DNA of 64,000 bases, from NCBI GenBank assembly GCA_964593555.1, contig CAZQIC010000004.1, positions 23,689 to 87,688 of the forward strand, in the 5' to 3' direction. The notes under the pieces were generated by a model. That model was not told the origin of the DNA, searched no databases, and saw only the letters and a list, made by a program, of their open reading frames with translations. Positions 9,147 to 16,253 of the stretch are shown in pieces (the first letter of the stretch is position 1; every line of letters starts with the position of its first letter). This DNA comes from an uncultured Bacteroidia bacterium (GTDB taxonomy: Bacteria; Bacteroidota; Bacteroidia; JAFLBG01). The position numbers and the translations under genes were made by a program.

Positions 9147-10412
9147 TTACACGATCATTTTAATTTTCTCTGCAATATGGTTAGTTGTCTTCTTTGAGAT
9201 CTTTAGTTTTAAGGCAAGTTTTTCCCAGCTTTGAAAACTTTGACTTATCTCATTAATTATTTTTTTTGGATTTTTGATAGAATATTCACTGGCAACATGA
9301 AGAATATCTTTTAGATTGACATTTTCGTTTTTGCCATTTATGGAGAGAAAATGTGGAGTGGTTCTGCTAAAGTTTTCGTTATAACTAAATGTTAAATCAT
9401 AAGCCGGAGATAAATTCCATTCTCCCTTTTCATCCATATTGAAGCCGAAATTTTTAGTATGATCATCGACATTTCTACCCATAATGTTAAAAATCATTAT
9501 TCTGAATAACTGTTCTTTTGCAGAATAATTTAAATTCAATCTGTTTAAAATGGAAAATATCTGTTCATAAGAATAAGTGTTTGGCAGCCTAAAATTCATT
9601 CCGGCAAATGCATGTAAGGTTTGAGTATGTATTTTACGCCCATTTACACGGTCAAACCTTTTGGTCATAAAATAATAATCATTTTCAATTTTTTTTAGCT
9701 CAGAATCCATCATAATAATTTTAGATTCTTTGGCCATCTGGTAATATGCATATTCAATTTTACCTCTTTCTTTATCTGATTGCAGTCCAATATCCCTATT
9801 GAATTTTAAGATCCAGCTATCCTGGTCGTTTATGGGTAAATTATCTCCGCGATAAATATCGCCAGTTTTGTTATCAATATTAATCAGCACTTTTGGTTGA
9901 GCTCCACCGGGTGATGTTCCAATATGAAAAAGATTTGCCATATCATCAATATTGGCTATGGGCTTGTTATTCATTAATGATATTGATACTTCATTTAGTT
10001 TTTTTATGTTCAATAATTGAGAATTAGTTTGCTTATGTTTTGCAGGTTTAAATTCGAGGGCTCCCATCCCTCTATTGCCTATATAAGCAAGTTTTTCTAT
10101 TGGAGTAAGATCCCTGTAATTTTTACCTTCCCTTTCGAGGTATTTTGATAATAATTCAGTTCCAAATTTGTCCGGTAACGAATCTGATATGAAAAGAGGC
10201 AATCCTTTATCGGTATCAAACAATATACTGCCCTCGCTAGTGTTTTCAATTGAAGATATTATTGTTTTAGATGTAGGGTTTATTAATGGCGATAGTTGAA
10301 TACCGCTTTTAATAAAGCTTTCAGCGTATTCAAATATGCTGGTATTTTTTTTCTCGTTCCAAACAATAACTCCTGCCAGCTTTTCCCATATAATAACTTC
10401 TAATAGCTTCAT
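9147..10412 (-). CDS. hipA: HipA-family serine/threonine kinase toxin (type II TA)
   Basis: 421 aa. The N-terminal coupling region is (W)EKLAGVIVW. The core motifs are GTSPGGAQPKVLI and the catalytic VDDHTKNFGF...SPAYDL. Its ATG overlaps the stop of the upstream HTH gene (ATGA). Confidence 0.85.
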   Translation of the reverse strand: MKLLEVIIWEKLAGVIVWNEKKNTSIFEYAESFIKSGIQLSPLINPTSKTIISSIENTSEGSILFDTDKGLPLFISDSLPDKFGTELLSKYLEREGKNYRDLTPIEKLAYIGNRGMGALEFKPAKHKQTNSQLLNIKKLNEVSISLMNNKPIANIDDMANLFHIGTSPGGAQPKVLINIDNKTGDIYRGDNLPINDQDSWILKFNRDIGLQSDKERGKIEYAYYQMAKESKIIMMDSELKKIENDYYFMTKRFDRVNGRKIHTQTLHAFAGMNFRLPNTYSYEQIFSILNRLNLNYSAKEQLFRIMIFNIMGRNVDDHTKNFGFNMDEKGEWNLSPAYDLTFSYNENFSRTTPHFLSINGKNENVNLKDILHVASEYSIKNPKKIINEISQSFQSWEKLALKLKISKKTTNHIAEKIKMIV

Positions 10413-10723
10413 TTTTTGTATCCTCCTCTTTTTCTTTTTTTCTTTTCCTTTTCATAAATTTCCATTGGGGTTAATTCATATTCTTCTTCTTTAAAAAAAA
10501 ATTCAAATTTATCCAGCATGTTAAGTGATCGGGATATTGATATTAATGAAGCAATAGAAAAATTTCGGCCTTTTTCAATTTCTGCAATGGAGCTTCTACT
10601 CATTCCTGTTTTTTGAGCCAGTTCGGTTTGTGATAAATTAGCCTCTACACGTAAGGACTGAAGTTTTTCGCCCCATTTTCGTAATAATTCCTTATCGGAA
10701 TAATTTGAATATATATGCTCCAT
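10409..10723 (-). CDS. hipB: XRE-family HTH antitoxin (HipB-like)
   Basis: The helix-turn-helix LSQTELAQKTGMSRSSIAEIEKGRN is present and the C-terminal tail is basic. The gene is translationally coupled to hipA. The ORF track starts at TTG 10729; the ATG at 10723 (MEHIYSNY...) is more likely. Confidence 0.75.
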   Translation of the reverse strand: MEHIYSNYSDKELLRKWGEKLQSLRVEANLSQTELAQKTGMSRSSIAEIEKGRNFSIASLISISRSLNMLDKFEFFFKEEEYELTPMEIYEKEKKKRKRGGYKK

Positions 10724-10726
10724 ATA

Positions 10727-10801
10727 CAAATGTACTATAAAAGAGTCAATAAATCAAGTTAATAACAATAATGACTTGTTTATAGTACACTAAAAATAGT
10801 G
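10727..10801 (-). promoter_or_regulatory. Candidate hipBA promoter overlapped by operator-like inverted repeats
   Basis: On the minus strand, TTG (10757-10755), a 20-nt spacer, then TACATTTG (10734-10727) match the Bacteroidota TTG / TAnnTTTG consensus. The -7 box ends 3 nt before the ATG. A perfect 11-bp inverted repeat, tgtactataaa (10731-10741) / tttatagtaca (10779-10789), overlaps the -7 box. A second palindrome, cacta-aaaa-tagtg, lies at 10788-10801. Confidence 0.4.
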
Positions 10802-10815
10802 CGTTCATTAGTCAT

Positions 10816-11190
10816 GTATTGCTTACTGATATACTTAAATCTGTTGCTGCGAGCAAGATCAGGCGTTACCTTACTCCCTTTATTTTAAAATGGTTGAACC
10901 GTTTGGTATTACTGTTCGGAACATGTTGGAAGCAAAGGATATGTCACTCCTACGGAGTTTTTAGATGAGGGGAATTCTGTTTTCTACAAATATGTCGCTC
11001 CTACAGAGCTAAAATAGTCCCAGAGGGACGATATCTTGGTAGAAAAAATAAAATCTTTAACATCAAGCCCTGTAGGGGCTATATAAGGTTTCGAACAGTA
11101 ATGCCGTTTGGTAGGAACAATTTTGATAATAGTGGGATTGAATCTTATTTAAAAGGTGTTTTACTAGATTGGTTTGTTAAAGTGTTAGAG
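10816..11190 (+). pseudogene. Displaced remnant of the LysE gene 3' end (last ~47 codons), interrupted by a MITE-like element
   Basis: With 10909-11103 removed, this reads TDILKSVAASKIRRYLTPFILKWLNRLVGTILIIVGLNLI*KVFY*. The intact gene end (about 8992-9141) reads TDILKSVAANKIRRYLTPFILKWLNRLVGTILIIVGLNLIYKVFY*. Hand alignment gives roughly 85% nucleotide identity. A TAT to TAA change introduces a premature stop. Confidence 0.75.
10909..11103. mobile_element. ~195-bp non-autonomous (MITE-like) element with 14-bp terminal inverted repeats and a 10-bp target-site duplication
   Basis: The TIRs are TTACTGTTCGGAAC (10909-10922) and the reverse complement of gtttcgaacagtaa (11088-11101), with 1 mismatch. 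The element is flanked by direct ccgtttggta at 10899-10908 and 11104-11113. Excising it restores the LysE reading frame (NRLV|GTI). The interior contains the short motifs atgtcactcctacggag, atgtcgctcctacagag and agccctgtaggggct. There is no transposase ORF. Confidence 0.65.
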
Positions 11191-11217
11191 TAGGGCATTT
11201 GTTCTATTAGGCCCAAT

Positions 11218-11562
11218 TTAATTATTTTTGTTTTTGATAAGAAGATCTCCGCTATCAAAATACAGGTCAATTTTCTTCGTCCCATCAGCACTGAATTGTT
11301 CCCAATGCCCATGTGGCAGTCCATTTTTTATTGTATATGTTCCTTTTATTTTCCCGTTGTCGTGATAACAGGTGTCCGTGCCTGTGTATTTTTTATAACT
11401 CGAATGAGTTGCGCAGTTGATGTCGTAATAAATACCACCCTCCTCAAAAACCAATTCACTCAGAACTAATTCGTCAGAATCTTTAGTCCGTTCACATGAA
11501 TAGGTAGATAGAATTAAAATTCCAAACAACAGCCTAAATATTGTAGTCATAAGATTTGGCAT
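11218..11562 (-). CDS. Small lipoprotein with MORN-variant (YwqK-like) repeats
   Basis: 114 aa with a signal ending ...ILSTYSC. The repeats YHDNGKIKGTYTIKNGLPHGHWEQFSADGTKKIDLYFDSG fit the G....G....G.W..Y MORN-variant pattern. Confidence 0.5.
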   Translation of the reverse strand: MPNLMTTIFRLLFGILILSTYSCERTKDSDELVLSELVFEEGGIYYDINCATHSSYKKYTGTDTCYHDNGKIKGTYTIKNGLPHGHWEQFSADGTKKIDLYFDSGDLLIKNKNN

Positions 11563-11593
11563 AAAGGTTTGCGCAGTTGCGTTCGGGCGTTAC

Positions 11594-12013
11594 TTACCTC
11601 CCCAGTATCGCCCTTATATCCGGCTTAAAATAATTATTGCTTTTCAGGATCTTCCCGTCATCACGGAAAATTGGTTTTCCGTTTTCATCCAGCTTCGACA
11701 TATTGCTGCGGTGTATCTCATCGAATACTTCTTCAATTTTGTGTTGCAGGCCGTGTTTTAAAATGGTGCCAAACAATATATATAATTGATCACCTAATGC
11801 ATCGGCAATTTCTATCATGTTGCCTTGCTTGCAGGCATCGAGGTATTCATCATTCTCCTCTTTCATTAAAGTATAACGCAACTGGTATTCTTTCTCATCA
11901 ATGCGTTCGCACATTTCGTCGCGGTTGCCAATCAAAAATACTTCATGAAATTCTTTTACCTTATTTATTTTTTCAATTAAAATAGTGTTGGTGTCTCTTC
12001 CTTCTTTTTGCAT
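11594..12013 (-). CDS. MazG-like nucleoside triphosphate pyrophosphohydrolase family protein
   Basis: All-alpha sequence with the EE..E...A motif pair: LMKEENDEYLDACKQGNMIEIADALGDQLYILFGT, followed by FDEIHRSNMSKL. The ORF track starts at GTG 12046; the ATG at 12013 (MQKEGRD...) is more plausible. Confidence 0.55.
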   Translation of the reverse strand: MQKEGRDTNTILIEKINKVKEFHEVFLIGNRDEMCERIDEKEYQLRYTLMKEENDEYLDACKQGNMIEIADALGDQLYILFGTILKHGLQHKIEEVFDEIHRSNMSKLDENGKPIFRDDGKILKSNNYFKPDIRAILGR

Positions 12014-12106
12014 TTTATTTTTTATAAATAATTGGTTTATCACCACACGATTCTTGACAAACTACCATTGACGTATTTTTTAACTGATTGATCACCAGTA
12101 AGTTCC

Positions 12107-12215
12107 TTGATAGGGTGTGGTAGCCCGAAAATCCGCCGTGCTCGGGTCCGCTAGTGTGTATACGGATCGGATTTTCTTGACTTTTTTTGGTTACTTTTTT
12201 GGTCCAAGCAAAAAA
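12107..12215 (+). repeat. Dispersed ~100-bp structured repeat, copy 1 (second copy at 59133-59240)
   Basis: ttgatagggtgtggtagcccgaaaatccgccgtgctcgggtccgctagtgtgtatacggatcggattttcttgac... is nearly identical to 59133 onward. A conserved long-range pairing, AAAATCCGCCGT ... ACGG(a/t)TCGGATTTT, is present. It is intergenic. Confidence 0.7.
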
Positions 12216-12342
12216 GTGACAAGAAAAATAATATTCGAATGGTTTTCGATTAATAGAAAATGTCATTTTATATTGCTTTTTTGTAAAAAATTACTACTCG
12301 AACTGACTCCGTACGTTGGTTACGCTTAACCATGCAGAAGGG

Positions 12343-12984
12343 TTATTTTTTTGTTTTACCCTGCGCCAACTTTTTTTCTTCGTAACGTTTGTTGAGGCCT
12401 TCAACAATTTCGTTTGTTATATCCAGGCTGTCTGATGCGTAAAGAATATTTCCCCCCAACGGGGCATATGCAAGTATATAGTTGTAGTTATTATCCTTAT
12501 TGTACTCAATTAAAAAAGCATTAATATCCAATTGTATTTCATTATTCCTTTTTTGCATATCATCCATTAGTCTTGACAGTTCATCTTCCATGCCTTCTAG
12601 TTCGGCTTTTCTTTTTCCCAGGTTTTCTTCAATATTTTTTTCCTGGTCCAGGGATAACAGACCTTGCTGTCCCTTTTGCTGATACTCCATATAGTCGGTC
12701 TGCAGACTTTGGGCTTTTATCTGGTAATTTTTTTCCAATGAAGTTTTGTGGGACTCTGCTGTCTCTTTTAATTCTCTGGCGTAATCAAATTTTTCAAAAA
12801 GACTATCGGCATCTATGTACACAATCTTAGAAGCCTTTATATCCTTAGGAGAAATTGGGGTTACGGTACTTTCATCTGAAGCACCCGCTGTTGCAGTTTC
12901 TTTTCCGGATGCGAAGTGTAAATAATATAAATAACCAACTGCCGCAATAAGCAGGGCATTAAGAATTAACGAAATGTTTTTCAT
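12343..12984 (-). CDS. OmpH/Skp-like periplasmic chaperone
   Basis: 213 aa with an N-terminal membrane or signal helix. The long coiled-coil region is rich in E, K and Q (KTSLEKNYQIKAQSLQTDYMEYQQKGQQG...). The size and composition are typical of Bacteroidota OmpH-family proteins. Confidence 0.6.
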   Translation of the reverse strand: MKNISLILNALLIAAVGYLYYLHFASGKETATAGASDESTVTPISPKDIKASKIVYIDADSLFEKFDYARELKETAESHKTSLEKNYQIKAQSLQTDYMEYQQKGQQGLLSLDQEKNIEENLGKRKAELEGMEDELSRLMDDMQKRNNEIQLDINAFLIEYNKDNNYNYILAYAPLGGNILYASDSLDITNEIVEGLNKRYEEKKLAQGKTKK

Positions 12985-13068
12985 TTGTATAGATTATAAA
13001 GTGTCAATAGATAGATCTGACAAAGATAAAATAAACCCTTGTATAGAGATAAAATAGGACCTTAGAAT

Positions 13069-14160
13069 TTATTTGGCTTCTACCAGGATGCGGTGCTGGA
13101 AAAGTGTCAGTAAAAGTTCATTATCCAGCTCAATATCTTCCTTTGTATTCAATTCCTCTATAATAGCTTTTGTAGCCTTGCTGCCGTCAAAAATATCTAT
13201 CACTACATTTGGGAGTTCAAATGATGTATCTATCGAGGCAAGTTTTATTGTATAACTATCCTCCCCGGCTTTTTTGAAAACCAGCTCTTCGTTTTTCTTA
13301 AGCTTCTCTGGTATTGTAGTCATCTTGTTCTTTTTGCTCTCAAGGTCTTTTACCAAGATTTCGTTTTGAATACCAACAATTGAATTGTATTCTTCTTTAC
13401 TCAGTTTATTTACCAATTCAAAACACTTGATATAAAATTCTGCTTCCTTTCCCTGCCAGTTTCCCCATAGTTTCTGGTAATCTGCTTCTGTAGTAGGCAG
13501 GTTATCCAAATCCTCCAAGCTTAAATTGGAATTGTTTTGTGTTGGAGAGAGGATCGTATTTATAACATCTGTAAGGCTGCTGAGATCAAGCTTCAGCAAA
13601 CAGTATTTTGTTAAGTTTGTTTGTGAATAGACAAGGTATCCTTTTACTGAATCCCAAAACATTTTTCCGTTTTGTGCCGCAACTGTTTTACAAAAAAAAG
13701 TAGAACAAACGGACTCCCTGTATTTCCATACGCTGCAATATCCATTTTCTTTAATAAAGTAGGGGCATAGCAGTGTTGAACTGTTTCCGAAACCGGCCCC
13801 ACTGCCATTGCTATAAATAATGTTGTATATTTTGGGAGCATAAACACCTGCGGGACTAACTCCTGTACGTGCTGTTATTCGTTCGTGTATCCTTTTTTTT
13901 CCTTCATCCATCTGCGGATCTGGATCGGAGAGTATTCCACCGATCAGATAGTTGGGAAGAGAGGGATGATAAGTACAGCATTTTTTATCAGGCAAAAAAG
14001 GCCGCATTGCCAACTGCTCTTTGTTTTTGTCATCACCGCACACCATAGCACAATTGGCGCAGGTGGCAAATGTTTCTTTTGGAACAGTCTCATTAAAAAT
14101 ATCCGGGAATAGCTTATGGTATATTACGGGTAATTCCAAATTTATTTTTTGCTGAGCCAT
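13069..14160 (-). CDS. Cysteine-cluster protein (YkgJ/UPF0153-like Zn/Fe-S motif), function unknown
   Basis: 363 aa with no signal peptide. The Cys motifs are CANCAMVC...KKCCTYHP and LLCPYFIKENGYCSVWKYRESVCSTFFC. These resemble the CxxCxxCC ... CpfL...g.C.iY..RP..C pattern of YkgJ-family proteins. The assignment is tentative. Confidence 0.4.
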   Translation of the reverse strand: MAQQKINLELPVIYHKLFPDIFNETVPKETFATCANCAMVCGDDKNKEQLAMRPFLPDKKCCTYHPSLPNYLIGGILSDPDPQMDEGKKRIHERITARTGVSPAGVYAPKIYNIIYSNGSGAGFGNSSTLLCPYFIKENGYCSVWKYRESVCSTFFCKTVAAQNGKMFWDSVKGYLVYSQTNLTKYCLLKLDLSSLTDVINTILSPTQNNSNLSLEDLDNLPTTEADYQKLWGNWQGKEAEFYIKCFELVNKLSKEEYNSIVGIQNEILVKDLESKKNKMTTIPEKLKKNEELVFKKAGEDSYTIKLASIDTSFELPNVVIDIFDGSKATKAIIEELNTKEDIELDNELLLTLFQHRILVEAK

Positions 14161-14227
14161 ACTTCTATCTTTTTACTAAAATAAATATAATATCGATTGT
14201 TATTAAATGATTATTTAATGCATGCGC

Positions 14228-14264
14228 AAAAAAAAACTCCCCTGAGTTTTCAGGGGAGTTTTTT
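14228..14264. terminator. Bidirectional rho-independent terminator
   Basis: 8-bp GC-rich stem ctcccctg (14237-14244) / caggggag (14251-14258) with a 6-nt loop. It is flanked by 9 A upstream and 6 T downstream. It lies 24 bp after the stop of 14282..15133. Confidence 0.8.
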
Positions 14265-14281
14265 ATGAGACTAACTTAAGA

Positions 14282-15133
14282 CTATTGATCTTGAGCTAAA
14301 ATGTATTTTACATACATTGTATAAACTCCAGGTTGTGCGTAAGCATCAGCGTTAGAGATCAATGTAGTAGCAGCACCAGCAGCAACAACTGAAGCAGCTG
14401 TATTATTAACTGCAGTAGCAGCATCGTGTGCAGGGAATTTTGCAGGTAAACCTGGAACAATTCTGTAATCCATTACATAGTAATAGTCACTTGTTACACC
14501 AGTCTCTAACAAATAGCTTCCACCAGCAACTGAACAACCAGCAACGGTAGTAGAACCACCAGCGATGTATTTTTCAGAAGCTGTAGCAGCGTTTGAAGAT
14601 AATGGAGGATTGTAAGGAGTAGCGTTGCTTGGGCAATATACTAAGTTATCACTAGCAATAGTGTTAGCTGTAGTACGGATTGCGAAAGGATCGCTATAAT
14701 CACTTTCTGCAGCTGTCATAGAACCAGCGCAACCAGCGATTGTAGGGTTTCCAGGGAATTGGTGTAACTCAAGGGATGTTAAAGGAATCTCGTCAACCTC
14801 GTTAACACCAATTGATGTTCCTTCGTATTGAACTTGATTATCCCAAAGGTAGTCACCTACGTTGCTTTGAGAAAGGCCTGCAGCCCAAAGATCCCAAGAT
14901 ACTGTAGCACTAACCTTCAAAATTGTAGCTCCGTATTTTGTAATACCAGAGTAATACTCATTAATTTCATCAAATGTAAAGTCCAATTGCTCAGGGCCTT
15001 CCATTTTAAGTTGCAAAATAGGCTGCAAATCCATTGTAATTGTGACATTTTTTTCGTCGTTTAACTGCGCGAATGCAGTAGACGTGGCAGCCACAGCTAC
15101 AACACAAGCCGCTGATCTTAGATACTTTTTCAT
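14282..15133 (-). CDS. Secreted Ala/Thr/Ser/Gly-rich protein, candidate structural subunit of the 14282-22913 locus (paralog of 22164..22862)
   Basis: 283 aa with an SPI-type signal ...VAATSTAFAQ. It shares LDFTFD, SGIT..GAT.L, W.L, GCAG, MDYRI.P and a C-terminal PGVY...V motif with the 249-aa protein. It has its own promoter and a strong terminator. Confidence 0.7.
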   Translation of the reverse strand: MKKYLRSAACVVAVAATSTAFAQLNDEKNVTITMDLQPILQLKMEGPEQLDFTFDEINEYYSGITKYGATILKVSATVSWDLWAAGLSQSNVGDYLWDNQVQYEGTSIGVNEVDEIPLTSLELHQFPGNPTIAGCAGSMTAAESDYSDPFAIRTTANTIASDNLVYCPSNATPYNPPLSSNAATASEKYIAGGSTTVAGCSVAGGSYLLETGVTSDYYYVMDYRIVPGLPAKFPAHDAATAVNNTAASVVAAGAATTLISNADAYAQPGVYTMYVKYILAQDQ

Positions 15134-15158
15134 AGTGGTCGTTTTTAGTTTAACAATA

Positions 15159-15188
15159 CAAATATAACTGATTAATTGACAAAAACAA
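15159..15188 (-). promoter_or_regulatory. Bacteroidota sigma-A type promoter for the 283-aa subunit-like gene
   Basis: On the minus strand, TTG (15188-15186), a 19-nt spacer, then TATATTTG (15166-15159) are an exact fit to TTG-N19-TAnnTTTG. The -7 box ends 25 nt upstream of the ATG at 15133. Confidence 0.55.
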
Positions 15189-15252
15189 GTAAAATGCTGT
15201 TTTTAATGGGAATTTAATTGGTTTTTACGTTGAGAAAAGGCAATTGTTACGT

Positions 15253-16209
15253 TTATTCCACTTTAAATTCCAAATCGGCAGCTTCAATCTCTTCTTTACT
15301 TCCAAAATCAAGCACTGCGGTTGCAACATAGTTGCCTTTTGCAAGGCTACCAGGCAGTTTAAAATCCAGTATTCTTTCCTTCGCAGGAAAGATTGTAAAC
15401 TGCTTTACAAATAACTTTTCTTTGTAGCCGGTGTTCAAATTATTTACTTCAATATAAAGCTTACAAAAGCCAAGACCATCGCCAACATTTTTAGCATTAA
15501 CCGAAACGTATTTATCTGTCTTGTCATAATTGAAATTAAATTTTGTGATCTCTACTTTATTTAATTTAACATTGGGCGGATTTTGAAATATATACACACC
15601 AAATCCAAAAACGGGAATAATACCCATTACCACATTGTCTTTTTCATTATTAGAAGGAGTTATATATTTTTTTTCTGTTGTTTGGTCTACCATTATTAAA
15701 CACCATGCCGCTTTGTATGAATTTGGTTCATCAGGTATAGTTAATGTTATAGCAATTTTTTTTGCTTCACCCGGTTTAAGCTCAATAAAGCTGGGTGTTA
15801 TGCTAACGTTTTTTGATAAGCCATACTCAAATGGCGTTCCTCTTGGAAGCTGCGCAACAGCCCCTTTATCGTTCATGTCGTAATCAGAAACACTTACTTT
15901 AAATTTCTCATGCCTCCGGGTATCATTAGTAACTGTAATGTATTTTGTTTCGGTAGTACCTGGCTTAGTTCTGAAACGAATATTAGATGGAGAAACTGCA
16001 ATTCCCATATCTGTAATTCCTGTGTCAGATCCTGCAGGGGCGGCAACCGGCGCAGGGCTGGGAGCCGGAGCTGCCGAAACCGTTGAAGCAGGTACCGGTG
16101 TTGGTTCATTTTGTTTTGTAGAATCGGTCACCTGCGAAAAAACAGAATAATGACAAAAAAAAGAAAAAAGAAAAATTGAAATACTTAAGCTTTTAGTCAT
16201 TTTGTTCAT
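15253..16209 (-). CDS. Secreted two-domain beta-sandwich protein, PapD-like (candidate periplasmic chaperone)
   Basis: 318 aa with a signal peptide and a Pro/Ala-rich linker (PTPVPASTVSAAPAPSPAPVAAPAG). The next segments are VSPSNIRFRTKPGTTETKYITVTNDTRRHEKFKVSV and ITPSFIELKPGEAKKIAITLTIPDEP. These mimic the PapD_N strand pattern (v.P.ri.f......... l.v.N ... v.Pp.f.l.pg..q.iri...). A second beta-rich domain follows. The fold call is pattern-based only. Confidence 0.4.
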   Translation of the reverse strand: MNKMTKSLSISIFLFSFFCHYSVFSQVTDSTKQNEPTPVPASTVSAAPAPSPAPVAAPAGSDTGITDMGIAVSPSNIRFRTKPGTTETKYITVTNDTRRHEKFKVSVSDYDMNDKGAVAQLPRGTPFEYGLSKNVSITPSFIELKPGEAKKIAITLTIPDEPNSYKAAWCLIMVDQTTEKKYITPSNNEKDNVVMGIIPVFGFGVYIFQNPPNVKLNKVEITKFNFNYDKTDKYVSVNAKNVGDGLGFCKLYIEVNNLNTGYKEKLFVKQFTIFPAKERILDFKLPGSLAKGNYVATAVLDFGSKEEIEAADLEFKVE

Positions 16210-16253
16210 ATGATAAACCTATCCGATTATAACTATGGTAAAGTTACTAATTC

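Noticed and set aside
9147-10815. Recombinase or integrase that could explain the hipBA insertion
   Set aside because: The insert has no ORF other than hipA and hipB, and the flanking genes (LysE, MORN lipoprotein, MazG-like) have no recombinase motifs. The mobilisation mechanism stays unknown and is not asserted.
11594-12013. MazG-like pyrophosphohydrolase next to hipBA as a possible defence or abortive-infection module
   Set aside because: It is separated from hipBA by the LysE remnant, a MITE and an unrelated lipoprotein gene. It lies outside the direct repeats that bound the insertion, and no partner gene typical of defence systems is adjacent.
12015-12266. 83-aa ORFs at 12015..12266 and 59002..59253, which look like paralogous small proteins (shared ...SQENP.RIHT..PEHGGFSGYHTLS...)
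   Set aside because: The similarity is confined to a ~100-bp intergenic DNA repeat with conserved hairpin potential, and the flanking parts of the two ORFs are unrelated. I interpret them as a repeat or ncRNA element, not coding genes.
13069-14160. Cys-cluster protein and OmpH-like gene as additional members of the six-gene envelope locus
   Set aside because: A strong bidirectional terminator (14228-14264) separates them from the locus. The Cys-cluster protein has no signal peptide. Co-function cannot be excluded, but the sequence does not support it.
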